This document shows positions 1 to 13,158 of a DNA stretch of 64,000 nucleotides, in pieces. The stretch lies in NCBI GenBank assembly GCA_951406725.2, contig OX597822.1, forward strand, positions 11,718,001 to 11,782,000, in the 5' to 3' direction. The position numbers and the translations under genes are program-made. The notes beneath the pieces are model-generated. The model had not been told where the DNA came from, did no database searches, and saw only the letters and a program-made list of their open reading frames with translations. The stretch comes from Octopus vulgaris (lineage: Eukaryota). The number at the start of each line of letters is the position of its first letter. Within the stretch, counting starts at the first letter, position 1.

Positions 1-868
1 TAGCACACAGTCACGTCTGCGCTTGTCTTATATCTATTAAGATTTGGTCTGTTAATTCTTAAATTTGCACACAAGTTTACTTAACCCAACTTAGGTCGGG
101 AAACGTTTGAGTGAAGCTGTAAGTCTGCAACGCATTAGCAGGGAAGGCGCCTATCTATTGCAATGCATTGTATATGGAATGTGTGACGTAAGAGCGGTGT
201 CGTTAGTTCCGGCTGGATGGATATGTTGTAAGGGAAATCTCCCAGCCCAGAACTGTTGTCGTCATTAAGTGCCAAATTCTCAGTGTCGGTGGATCATGTT
301 GAAATAAGGATAGGAAGTTGTTGGTTGATTTGGGAGATAAATTACTCTTGAAATGTAAATTACATGACGTGACTTCCTACATCTGGCCCTTCAGTTTTAT
401 CCACCGCCAACACAAACACACACAAACACGAACACACAACCAACACAAAAATTCATGCACGCATACAGATGCGAGAGGCCTCTGCATAGCTTCTGTCTTA
501 AAATTTTACCCACAAAGAATTGGTTAGTTAGGGGTTGATTTAGAAAATCATGGCCCAGGGTCTTACCAAATTATTTCATTCAGTGAGTTTTATCTCGCTG
601 GAGAAAGATATTGTGGCTTGCCTCTGTCAGTCCCTTTGAACATCTGATGAGGTTGGTGATTTTGTGTGGCTATTCGAGTTATAACTTTTAGCTCTTATTT
701 CTAGCAATTGTAGATACTATTTTGCACGCTTTTCTATGTATTCTAACATTTTGGTTTTTAATTAATTTAGCTTCCTATATAATAACGTATTAAATATATC
801 ATAATATTAATTTATCGTTATGATATCTCATTGTATGTTTATAAACACACACATGCATTTTTATATTT

Positions 869-1245
869 TATTCTTTTAATTGTTTCACTCATTAGACTGC
901 GGCCATGCTGGAGCACAGCCTTGGAGAAATTTTAGTCGAATGAATCAACCACAGCAATTTTATTTTTCACCAAGCCTTGTACTTATCTTATCGATCTCTT
1001 TTGGTAGCCCGCTAAGTTACGGTAACGTAAGCACATCAACATCGGTTGTCGAGTGGTGGTGGCCGACAAGAATTCACACACACAAACATATGCGACAGGT
1101 TTCTTTTTCTCTCCGTTTTCCAGATCTACGGGCAGGGCTTTGATCAGCCTGGGGTTATAATAAGGGAGTGTCACGAAGTGGGACTGAACACACCGAGAAC
1201 CATATGGTAGGGAAGCAAGCTTCTTACCACATTCACATCCATACG
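869..1245 (-). mobile_element. tRNA-derived SINE family A, diverged near-full copy
   Basis: Reverse-complement match to the head and tail of the copy at 4861-5243 (gactgcggccatgctggagcac...aagcaagcttcttaccac). Confidence 0.75.
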
Positions 1246-1293
1246 CACATATGCATACATACATATACACATACATACATACATACATACATG

Positions 1294-1331
<38 letters not shown>

Positions 1332-1334
<3 letters not shown>

Positions 1335-1510
1335 TTGACAACCGATGCTGGTGTGTTTCCGTCCCCGTCACTTAGCAGTTCGGTAAAAGAGACCGATAGA
1401 ATAAGTACTGAGCTTACAAAGAATAAGTCCCGGGGTCGATTTGCTCGACTGAAGGCGGTGCTCCAGCATGGCCGCAGTCAAATGACTGAAACAAGTAAAA
1501 GAGTAAAAGT
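1332..1510 (+). mobile_element. SINE family A, 3' half
   Basis: Near-identical to 5062-5243; ends in ggcggtgctccagcatggccgcagtcaaatgactgaaacaagtaaaagagtaaaag. Confidence 0.85.
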
Positions 1511-1811
1511 ATATATACATACACACACACACACATACACCACCACCAATACTGCATAACCATATATATATATATATGCATGTAAATATGTAGGTATATA
1601 TGAATGTATTTATATATAAATACGTGTGTGCATATATATGTGTGTGTGTTTGTATGTGTGTGTGGAAATGACGTACCGACGCAAAAAGACACTCTACAAC
1701 TGCTTACAGCTTTTCACTATGTCGAATTAAATTATGCAACCGTTCATATAAACGCTAACATTTTAACTGTTATCATCGCCAATCTATGCTATATGTCTTT
1801 GTGCGATTGCC

Positions 1812-1909
<98 letters not shown>

Positions 1910-1953
1910 AATATATGTATATGTATATATGTAGATATATACATGTATATGTA

Positions 1954-1995
<42 letters not shown>

Positions 1996-3169
1996 AACAT
2001 GTATATATACATATATATATTGCATATAGACATTGCATACGCACATATATAGATATATACACATATATACATATACATATATATATATATATTTATATAT
2101 ATATATATATATATGTATATGCACATATGCATGTACATATATATATATATATACATATGTATATAGACACACATGAACACGCATACACACACATACCTAT
2201 GTATATATACATGTCCACCTACATACGGCGTTTAGTGAAATATGATTATGACATTTAAAACTTCTATCGCTAGCTGTCATATATATTACAGTAATATTAT
2301 ATTCAAACTTCTTCCATAAAAGCTACTGTTTATATCGATCTAAATGTTTGGTGTGAATGAAGCTGTAAAACTCAGTTTTGAAATTTCTATAAAAACACGC
2401 ATAAATTTATGTATAAGAAGAAAATATATATATGATAGACAAGAGGAGGAAGCCAAACTCTGTTTTGTGTCGTTAAAATATTTTTCACTTCTATATTTCA
2501 TCTTAATATATGCAAATATAGAAGCATTCTAAAGAAACTGCTGTGTACTATCAAGAAAAATAATTATTTCTATGACACTGTCTGTGTGCGATATAGTTTA
2601 CTATTGCACCAAGTAGATTTAGACAAAAATATTTATACGTATATACATTTATAAGTTGAAAAAGTTTAATAAGTATTCACACACACAGAAAGGCACACAA
2701 ACACACATGTATACCCACACATACGCATATATATATATATATATATAGGCTCATACCATCATATATATAAACTTAAACATATATGTGTATGTGTGTGTGT
2801 GTATGGAATTTATTTAGATAAATTATATGTGTTTATATAATTTTTCTAAAGTTATATACATCTCACACATGCATTGCCTTTCAGTTATTTTCGACTGGTT
2901 ATTAGACTCTACAACTTTGTGGTCTGGCGCGACTGAAATAAACTACTTAGAAATCTTTGACCCTTCTTCCAACACGATGCTGTTCAACATATTCAGGATT
3001 ATAACTAAATGCTCGCACGCTACCCACCTGTATACTTCATTCCTAACATATTCATATATACAAAGTACGGGGGTTTAGTTCACAGGTGGTCTAAACGATT
3101 AGATACGGTAGGTAAGTGCTGTTACAGATTTCTAGGGCTCCAAGGTTATAGCCGAGACGACAGTTATGG

Positions 3170-3577
3170 AGCCATTGCAAATATCCTACGCAGAGGATAT
3201 GTAACTGTTAAATAGGACAACAAAATTTTGGACGCTGGTAGCGCAGGGTTTGGAATTTTTCAGCATTAAACTGCATGTTGTTATCCTCATCCTATCTGTA
3301 TATTGAGTCCAACTCCCGCTGCAGATGTGCAACATCGTTGGGGTTCTGTATTTTTTTGCGAGACTTTCGTATCGTCTGCGTAACTAGTAAGGGTGGCTAT
3401 CAGGGCAGGTAAGGACATACCTGAGAGGGCTACTATAAAAAGCAGTGATCCCAAGACAGTGCCCTGTGGAACACAGCTCACTAGTTGTGTTTTCATTGAA
3501 GTGGCTCCATTGGCCACCACTGCCTGACTTCTATCTTTCAGAAAGTCATGTAACCCCTCTCCAAGTTTTCCAGTCAT
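3170..3577 (-). pseudogene. Non-LTR (CR1-group) reverse transcriptase fragment
   Basis: Translates to [12 protein letters not shown]...SYADDTK, followed after a frameshift by DNNMQFNAEKFQ; 5' end abuts a microsatellite. Confidence 0.85.
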
Positions 3578-3687
3578 CACACAGTTAAGGTGTGTCTTTG
3601 TACATATTTGCACATATATATACATATAGACAAATATATGCATAAATACATATGTATATATATATATGTATATACATACATACATAT

Positions 3688-3744
<57 letters not shown>

Positions 3745-4326
3745 CATACACACATATATGCACACACATACGCACGTACATATATACAGACAGACGTAAT
3801 AATCGCATGAGTGTAATTATTAACACAAACAATATTCGATATCATAAAGCTAGTGTAAGACTGATAAATACAAAACAACAATAAATGTATAAATAAATAC
3901 GTATATAATAGGGTCTCTACGGCCCCCTCTGATTCTAGTATATATCGATTTTAGGAAAACGTGGCAGCCTTTTTCATTGTTAATTTACGACTGAAAAGCG
4001 ACCACATATCAAGCAGAAATAGAACGCAATAAATATGAATTATACGTCACAGATATTTCACAGTTCTCCCAGTCCCCAGAAGGGAGGTTATTCTTGTACG
4101 GTGACATAGTAAAGTGTAGAATGACGACTATTAAGTTACAAGATTTAGAATAATTATAGATTAATGGCTGACATCCAAATAGAAACAGTGTAAGACATTT
4201 TAAACACGGAAAAAAAGGCGACAGGTATGTAGTTTGTGTCCTTTGCGATAGTCTTCTCAAATTTTATGTCTTAACTAGTCTGCCAGTCGGTAAATCTATC
4301 TATCTATTTATCTATCTATAATATAC

Positions 4327-4414
<88 letters not shown>

Positions 4415-4416
<2 letters not shown>

Positions 4417-4504
4417 ATCAAATGAAATGAAACAGAACACAAAGGATGTCGCGGTACACGTGTACCACGACATCCTTGGTGTTCTGTTTTATTTCATTCG
4501 ATAC
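4415..4504. repeat. Loopless palindrome, ~45-bp arms
   Basis: gtatcaaatgaaatgaaacagaacacaaaggatgtcgcggtacac|gtgtaccacgacatccttggtgttctgttttatttcattcgatac; about 4 mismatches. Confidence 0.9.
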
Positions 4505-4573
4505 ATATATCCTCTCACCTCTGCTACTAGCTGGTATATACAGGTGCTTACATTTATCAAGTATTCACCCTGA

Positions 4574-4650
<77 letters not shown>

Positions 4651-4660
4651 GTGTGTGTGG

Positions 4661-4788
4661 GAAGTATATTTGCCATCTAAATATGGCTAACCACTAAGGG
4701 TGGATGCTACTGTAGCTTGTAGCCCCGTACAAGCTACAGTAACATCCACCCTTAGTGGTTAGCCATATTTAGATGGCAAATATACTTC
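4661..4788. repeat. Near-perfect inverted repeat (61-bp arms, 6-nt loop)
   Basis: 4661-4721 is the reverse complement of 4728-4788 with one mismatch; loop gccccg. Confidence 0.95.
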
Positions 4789-4860
4789 ACATTGTGGTGC
4801 AGTTACTGTCTATACCTCGTTCAGAGATTTATTATATATATATATATATATATATGCGCA

Positions 4861-5240
4861 TAGGCGCAGGAGTGGCTGTGTGGTAAGTAGCTTGCTAACC
4901 AACCACATGTTTCCGGGTTCAGTACTATAGCCTCGGGCCGACCAATGCCTTGTGAGTGGATTTGGTAGACGGAAACTAAAAGAAGCCTGTCGTATATATG
5001 TATATATATATATATGTGTGTGTGTATGTGTTTGTGTGTCTGTGTTTGTCCCCCTAGCATTGCTTGACAACCGATGCTGGTGTGTTTACGTCCCCGTTAC
5101 TTAGCGGTTCGGCAAAAGAGACCGATAGAATAAGTACTGGGCTTACAAAAAATAAGTCCCGGGGTTGATTTGCTCGACTAAAGGCGGTGCTCCAGCATGG
5201 CCGCAGTCAAATGACTGAAACATGTAAAAGAGTAAAAAGA

Positions 5241-5243
<3 letters not shown>
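4861..5243 (+). mobile_element. SINE family A, full-length apart from an internal deletion
   Basis: A-box-like tggctgtgtgg, B-box-like ggttcagt, internal (TA)/(TG) tract and tail ending agtaaaa; lacks the cccactgcgtggca...gtcttct segment present in 34565-34948. Confidence 0.9.
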
Positions 5244-5293
<50 letters not shown>

Positions 5294-5334
5294 TTTATAT
5301 ATATATATAAAAGAAGCCTGTCTTATATATATAT

Positions 5335-5670
5335 ACGACGGTTACGACGTCGAGGGTTCCTGTTGATCCTTTTTTCAACGGAACATCCTGCTGGTAAAAT
5401 TAACGTGCGAGTGACTCAGCACTCCCCACCGTGACACAGAGTGTGACAAGGCTGGCCCTTTGAAATAGAGGTACAACAGAAACAGGAAGAAAGAGTGAGG
5501 GAAGGTTGTGTTGAAAGAATACAGCAGTGTTCGCCATCACACCCTATCAGAGCCTCGTGGAGCTCTGGGTGTTTCCGCGCAATAAACATTCACATCGCCC
5601 AGTCTGGGAATCGAAACTGCGATCCTACGAGCGTAAGTCCGCCGCCCTAACCACCAGGCCATTGCGCCTC
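5335..5670 (-). mobile_element. tRNA-derived SINE family C
   Basis: Minus-strand head gaggcgcaatggcctggtggttaggg...gtttcgattccc; tail shared with 54073-54340 and 58110-58375. Confidence 0.75.
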
Positions 5671-5806
5671 CACATTCACACGTACACACACACACACACA
5701 CATACATATAGATAGATAGCTGCACAGAAACATAATACTCTGTATGTGTATATGTGCATGTATATATCTATCTTTCTATTTGTCTCTCTGTCTATCTCTC
5801 TCTCTG

Positions 5807-5896
<90 letters not shown>

Positions 5897-5935
5897 TATG
5901 TATGTGTGTCCGTGTGTGTGTGTGTGTATGTGTGT

Positions 5936-6088
5936 GAGGCACAATGGCCTGGTGGTTAGGGCAGCGGACTCGCGGTTTCGATTCCCAGACTGGGAGTTGT
6001 GCGTTTTTATTGAGCGAAAACACCTAAAGCACCACGAGGCTCCGGCAGGGGGTGGTGGTGGCGATCCCGGTTGCGCGTTGAGTTGTGC

Positions 6089-6090
<2 letters not shown>
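5936..6090 (+). mobile_element. SINE family C head, 3'-truncated
   Basis: gaggcacaatggcctggtggttagggcagcggactcgcggtttcgattcccagactggg with A and B boxes. Confidence 0.75.
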
Positions 6091-6136
<46 letters not shown>

Positions 6137-9100
6137 GATCGCATACACTAAAGGAAGTAACGAACGAAAAATATACAATTCCATGAAATAGTATTCCAGT
6201 ATTTTAACGTGAATGCCTTGTAATATTTCAATGTAACATGAGTCTAATAACTAATCTTGCCAAATTTTGGTGTCGAATGCGTGTTCCCTTCTAACTCATA
6301 ACCACAGTTATCCCCTGTCATTCTTGTTGTATTAATTACCAAATTCACTTCCTTTAGAGCGGATCATATTGCAAGAACGAAACCAGCTTTGAGACGCTAT
6401 TCGTCACCGTTTTATGTTTTCAACCGTTTTCTCTCACGGTTAAATGACGAATACATAAGAAGCATCTCGTCTCGTAAAATGTTTAATCTTGTTTTATCTT
6501 CTCTGGACATTCATTAACATAGAGGAATACTTTACGATAGAGCTAATTCTGTATATAAGGGCAGTTTTACATTATGACAGATATTTTGGAATAACAAGAG
6601 TGACAGAGTCAGAAGCAGGAGGTGAACATAGAAAATTAAGCACGGAATGAGAATAGGGAGCAAAAGAGAAGGAAAAGGGGGTAGAGAAGAAAAAAGACGA
6701 GGTTTAATGAAAGAGACTGATTACGAAAGATGAGAATGAGATGTGAATGACCATGGGAAGTTATGGCTGTATAGAGGATTGACTTTAAATACTGGAACAC
6801 AGATATGAATATTCTTGGGTGTTGTTTTGGAGGATACCAGGTAATAAGCTGAACTGAAGCTAAAATCTAATCGGGAGATGAATTTGCTTGCAAATTTTCA
6901 GCCCAAATTTCCTATTGTGAAGACAATGAGACAAGGTTTCTTTTTTCTTTTGAGAATATTGCCGGTATCTGTAATATTTTCAACATTTTTGGCGCTCATA
7001 AATTACATTTGCTTCAGTGTTTATTTCATTTCTCGATACATTTCTCCAGCATGGCCGCAGTCAAATGACTGAAACAAGTAAAAGAATAAAAAGAAAGAAT
7101 AAAATAATATTCAAATATCTTGTATAAGCTGTGGAAATTTCCAAATGTACACTGCCATAAGTGAAACTGATAATAAAATAATACAGAACATCAGAGAAAT
7201 ATACTTCTTATAAGATTATTCCTACTATATACTGCACTCAAGAAGGATATAGGAGAGATTTGAAATATCGGTTCACGTCAGTGTTTTTTATCTTGAATAC
7301 ACTATATGATACCCACAGTAAAACATGTAAAGAACGGCCATACTGAGGTGAGATTTAGAAAAACGTTTATTATTCCTAAATGAAATGGATATTGCGTAGA
7401 ACTTATTTGAAGGCAAGCATACACATTGTGAAAGCAGCAACATATGTAAAAATGTCTTTGTTAGTATGTCTGATTGTATTTTTAACGGATGTTTACAAAC
7501 ATTCTCTTAGAAATAACAACCAAAATCGTTCTTGAAATGTACTCTGGCATCTTAAAACAACTTTATATTGGATAACGTAGTTGTAAACAGGTTTGTATAA
7601 ACTATGATACGGTTTTGGCTCCACTCCTTAATCATAAGTGTATTCGATTATAACGACGATGACAGCAGCAACGACAACAATAGTAACTGATATGATTTTT
7701 ATCAGTGAAATAGTCTGTAATGAAAAGTAACATTCACGCCGAAAGAAAGGATTTGATCTTTAAATGCAAAGAACGATCTGCAGAAACTGATAAATCTCAG
7801 TGGTCGTGCTCTGACTCTCATTTTAATCTTTCTTAATCTTTCATGTAAATTATAACCTGCCTTTACGATCACATGATTTGCTAGGAGATAGATGCTTTTA
7901 CCTTTTCTTTAAAAAGTAAACTTTCTCTATTTAAATAAATTCAAAATGCAGACCGCAGCTTTGTATATGTTATAACTCTGAAAAAGTTACGTAAGACGCA
8001 ACCATCGCATGTATTATTTTGCTCTTCTGGTCAGTAAAAGGACCATCGTTCCTATGCTTGTAGCAGCATTTTATATACTTACGTTGATGGATCGACTGAG
8101 AGTAGAATACCGCGCTTTCCAAAGACGATGTAGAAGAAATTCAATGAAGACATCAAACCAACAATTTAAACAATGAACATCAACTTAAAATCTCTTATTG
8201 GACTGAATCATGAATAGGAAAAAAAGTTTCACTCTAAGTTTAATTATGATCCGAGCCTAATAGCTTAATTGTTGCCGATACTTTCAAGAGTATTTGAGAT
8301 GTGATACGAACTAATGATAAAGCGATTTGCCGGAGTGACTTTGTTTAGTTATCAACGAAGAAAAGGAAGAAAAAGAACCAAAATAATCATAATAAAAAAA
8401 ACAAATAAAAATGATTGCTTGTCGTTGAAGAATTGAAAAGAGGCTTTCCGAAAATTGAAGGAAATTTCTGTGTAGGAAGAAGAGAATATTTCAACATTAT
8501 AATGCTTTTGTTCGTGTCTCAGAGAAGAGAGTTAAAAGCTTTCAAATTGGAGAAATTCAAACCTTTAAATTGCTCTGCTTTGTGTCCGGATATCAACTGT
8601 ATTGTGAAATGATATTTTATTTCGGTGCTTAAGTTTGAAGAAGACAATACAAGAATGTTAAAGCGCTGAGTAGTCCTATTGAATGGCGATTTTATGTGTC
8701 ACCGAACCAATGAACAAAATATGGCCGTTCTAATATTTAATTCTATACAGAATTGAAGCGAAATATATAATTATATAGCCGGTACAAATCAGCATAAAAC
8801 AGTAGTCAGCTACGAAAATTGCAATGAGGTTTCATTATTGATGATACTTCGGAAGGTCAATAGCAAAATGAATTTAATGATTTCAATTAAAAATCAACGA
8901 AACTGGTTCGTTATCATGTCTCGTAGAGAAATTAACTGTTGCTCTAGGTCAAAATTTGATGTTCGGATATATATTATCTGTTATAAATTAAATTAAATAA
9001 CAAATGAAATACGACATTCTCAATAGTATTTCAATTGACTAGTTTTGAAGAGTAGTTCAATAGTTGAAACACGAGTGTTAAGAGTCGATTAATTGTAACC

Positions 9101-9270
9101 GGTTGCAGATGTTACGCTACTTTCACCGGCGTCATATTCTTAAGTTCAAATCCCCCTGACTTTGATTTCATTTTTAATTCGAGGGAGTTCAATGCAGGTA
9201 CCATCAGAATTGTTGCGCGGATATGTATACACACACACACATATGAGTGTGTGTGTGGTGTGTGCGTGTA

Positions 9271-9333
<63 letters not shown>

Positions 9334-9334
9334 T

Positions 9335-9540
9335 TTTATTCTTCTATTTCTTCCAGTCATTTGACTGTGGCCATGCTGGGGCACCAACTTTAGTCGAACA
9401 AATCGACCCCAGGAATTATTCTTGTAAGCCTAGTACTTATTCTATCGGTCTCTTTTGCCCAACCGCTAAGTTACGGGGACGTAGGCACTCCACCATCGGA
9501 TGTCAAGCGATAGTGGGGGACAATCACAGAAACACAAACC
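9335..9540 (-). mobile_element. SINE family A, 3' half
   Basis: cagtcatttgactgtggccatgctgggg...ccgctaagttacggggacgta matches the family A tail. Confidence 0.8.
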
Positions 9541-9794
9541 CATACATACATACATACATGCATACATACATACATACATGCATACATATACATACATATA
9601 TATACATACATATGCAAAAAAAAAAAATATATATATATAGTCATACGATATAGTGTATATTTATACACATAAGGAATTCACTTAGCGTGAATTCAACACA
9701 TAAGAAAGAACAGCTAGGTTCTGTAAACCACAAAAATAACGGATAAAATTGGACAGGAATAAATTTGGAAATGAAAAACATTTACCATCTAGTA

Positions 9795-9870
9795 CCCTGG
9801 ACCAATTGGTTTCTGATCATGTTTTACCGAGTCAGGGGGAACTCACAAGGTCTGATTTTCTTCAGCAAGG
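9795..9870 (-). ncRNA. Hammerhead ribozyme motif (type I, PLE-type)
   Basis: Reverse-complement copy of the motif at 10273-10348. Confidence 0.6.
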
Positions 9871-10272
9871 TCCAACCTAGGGTTAACAATATGCCAAAAA
9901 GAGACAAACAAGGCTACTTGTCTCGTGTTCATACGAACTAACTTTTCAAATTATACTGCGCAGACGCAGTCCATTCGCTGGCTACAATGGAAAACCGCCA
10001 ACTAATATATAGTCTTCTTGACTAATCTTTTTGCACGTTAGACCACTGGAAATGTAAATTTTGATTGAATATTTTAATTTTAATTAACTTCCCTTTGATA
10101 TGATTAAATACTGTAAGTTTTTGGATAATTTTCGGTTAAAAGTTGGCGGTTTTTCATTGTAGCCAGCGAATGGACTGCGTCTGCGCAGTAAAATTTGAAA
10201 AGTTAGTTCGTATGAACACGAGACAAGTAGCCTTGTTTGTCTCCTGTTGGATATGTTTAACCCTAGGTTGAA

Positions 10273-10348
10273 CCTTGCTGAAGAAAATCAGACCTTGTGA
10301 GTTCCCCCTGACTCGGTAAAACATGATCAGAAACCAATTGGTCCAGGG
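10273..10348 (+). ncRNA. Hammerhead ribozyme motif (type I, PLE-type)
   Basis: Stem I ccttg/caggg, CTGAAGA core, long and imperfect stem II, GAAA, palindromic ACCAATTGGT, GTC cleavage triplet. Confidence 0.6.
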
Positions 10349-10613
10349 TACTAGATGGTAAATGTTTTTCATTTCCAAATTTATTCCTGTCTAATTTTAT
10401 CCGTTATTTTTGTGGTTTACAGAACCTAGCTGTTCTCTCTAATGTGTTGAATTCACGTTAAGTGAATTCCTTATGTGTATAAATATACACTATATCGTAT
10501 GACTAATATATATAGTCTTCTTGACTAATTTTTTTGCACGTTAGACCACTGGAAATGTAAATTTTGATTGAATATTTTAATTTTAATTAAATTCCATTTC
10601 CCTTTGATATGAT

Positions 10614-10645
<32 letters not shown>

Positions 10646-11930
10646 TATATGCATATATATGTGTGTGTCTATATATACATACATATATATATATATATAT
10701 AAAACATAGATAGATGTGCGTTAATGATTCTCAGATCTTTTATCCCATAAAACACAATCAATGCTTATATTTTAGTTCTCTTTACTAATACTAGTTAAGT
10801 AATTGACTAAGTGAACGGTTGGCCAATCGTTTGATCAATGAATCAGTTGGTTTTTTCACAGAGGCTGCTTTGTCTCCATCTGCAATATCATCAACGACGA
10901 AGGCAGTCTGCTCCAGAACTTGTAGAGTATCTCTCTATGTATGTATATATGTATGTATATATGTGGCTGTGTGTATGTATCATGTATGTATGTGTGTGTG
11001 TGTCTGTATATGTATGTGTGTATAAATGTATGTGTTTATGTATGTATACATGCATGCATGCTTGTATGTTAGTCTGTTTGCATGTTTTTGCATGTGTGTG
11101 TATAAATGTATGCGTGTGTATGAATGTATGAACTTATGTATGTATGTATGTATTCATGTCTGTACATCTATCTTTCTGTATCTGTGTATGTGTGTGTCTG
11201 AATGTGTGTGTTTATGTATGTATATAGGCTTTCATGCATGCCTGTCTGTCTGTCTGCATGTATGTGTGTATGTATACATCTGTGTATGTATACACAGTGT
11301 CTCTGGGTGTGAGTTTAAAATGTATCCGCTTGTAGGGTCCCGATCCGGAAGTCCCAGGTTTTCGAGGAGTGTGGAGTCATCTCTTAACCACTGTTGTTCC
11401 CGGTCTACTCTGACCTCGAGTAGCAGCTTCTGTCAGAGTCGCAGATATGGATCAACTAGTATATGACCCACTGAGAATGAAGGACCTTCTAGTTCTTCTT
11501 TCTAGGAGAAGGTAAACTCGTATAAAAATTCCTGAAGTGCACCCGGTTCCACGTCGCCTCCACCTCTGTTGTGCCACCTGTGTTATAGATGTTTGCGCCG
11601 AAAAGTTGGTCCAGTGTTGTTCAACACTTTATCCACTCAATACTATTTCGCGAATAGAAACTTCTTGGACTCCTGAAACAATTACATTGATTTAGTGGGT
11701 TTAGGAAGGGGTCTAACACGACCACGAGTTGAATTCCCCCATGGAAGTATCTACATTTGTATATACATGTGCTGACATATAAAGCGTGTTCCCAAAGATG
11801 TATACGCATTTTAGCAGCAGATAAATCAATTTTTATTTCAGTTTAGTTATTTATGTATTGGTTTATGTCTATCACTGTTTCAGTTGCATAATGATGGTTT
11901 TATCTCTCATTTATATTTTATATATATATA

Positions 11931-12278
11931 AAGCAAGACCATCACTTCACCATTAGAACAAACTTCACCTGTGCATCAGAAAACTTAATTTACGTCTTAA
12001 CATGCGCAGGCTGCAATAGGCAGTATATAGGCCATACAAAAAATAGCTTACGTAAAAGGATGGCGGTGCATAAATCCCAAATTAGAAACCCTGAATACTG
12101 GAAAATACCGGTCAGCGGACACATAGATAGATGTGCTACAAATGAAAATCCGAAATTTACAACTTACCCACTTTACAAATTCAGTGAGAGCGTAACCTTC
12201 ACCCAGCGCCAAAATAAAGAACTTTATTTCATCAAAAAGTTTAGACCAAGTTTGAACACCCTGGGCCAGGAATATTAA
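11931..12278 (+). pseudogene. Penelope-like GIY-YIG endonuclease, 5'-truncated ORF end
   Basis: Open frame FTCASENLIYVLTCAGCNRQYIGHTKNSLRKRMAVH...HIDRC...ELYFIKKFRPSLN with LIY/YIG, R, E and N motifs. Confidence 0.9.
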
Positions 12279-13113
12279 AACAAAACATTGGTCTTCCGAA
12301 AAGGAAAAATGAAATTCTACCACAATTACAATTGTGGAATTACAATTTCTCAGATCTTTAAACATTCACTCCCGCTTGCAGTGGTATGTTTTAGGGAAAA
12401 ATGAATTTATAAAGAAAAATTTTTTTGCGAGCAGATCTGATTTTGATTCGTTAAAAAATTGATGACGTTTTTCTTCCGTGGTCAAGCTTGTCGTTCTTGG
12501 TTGGTTTCCTTAAAGGATACAGTTATGGGTCAGAACTGATTTTGATTCGTTAAGAAATTGATGACGTCTTTCTTTCGTGGTCAAGCTTGTCGTTCTACTT
12601 GGTTGGTTTCCTTACAGGATACAGTTGGGGGTCTTTACCTTGTATTCGTTGAAGTTTGGTTTTGATTGGTTTGGAATTATGTGACGTCAGTGAACAGTGC
12701 CAGTGAACCCACCACTTTTGCTGCTACGATCAACAGTCTTCTATTACTAACCCCAACCACCACCAAGGTTACCAAAATTACGACCAACTACTACGACCAA
12801 CAATCACTACTGTTGCTACCATTGGAACACAAGGTAACAAAAAAGCGGTTCCTTTTAATACCAGCAAGAAACAATAATGGACTTCTTCAATACACTCAAC
12901 AGGAATATAGTGATTATACCAACTACCGACAAACCACCACCACATGGATTCTATTGAGAACACTAAGAAACGATTATGAACTTTTCAATTTTCATTTTGT
13001 ATAATATTTTTGATAAGGTTCGTTTTTTCAAGAACATGGATTCTATTGAGACCAGTTAGAAACGATTATGAACTTCTCCATTACACTTTTATTCTCCATT
13101 ACACTTTTATAAT

Positions 13114-13158
13114 ATTTTTGATAAGGTTCGTTCTTTCAAGAACCGAAACATGTAAAAT
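13114..13158 (+). ncRNA. Minimal hammerhead ribozyme, U3-A8 core variant
   Basis: attt-TTGATAA-ggttc(gttctttcaa)gaacc-GAAA-catg-TA-aaat. Confidence 0.7.

Larger units (their letters stand above)
9638..10615. mobile_element. Penelope-like terminal-repeat insertion with inverted and direct partial copies
   Basis: 9638-10003 is the reverse complement of 10141-10505; 10004-10108 is repeated directly at 10506-10615; each inverted arm contains a hammerhead core; flanked by (TA)n. Confidence 0.8.

Noticed and set aside
560-850. Possible decayed GIY-YIG remnant on the minus strand (YYIGS)
   Set aside because: Too many stops and frameshifts to support from one short motif.
10855-10930. Possible small host exon (minus strand TLQVLEQTAFVVDDIADGDKAAS)
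   Set aside because: No recognisable domain, weak splice context and no partner exons; needs RNA-seq.
12437-12626. Direct repeats resembling a repeat-spacer array
   Set aside because: Only two ~90-bp copies inside a PLE UTR in a eukaryotic context; a simple tandem duplication, not CRISPR.
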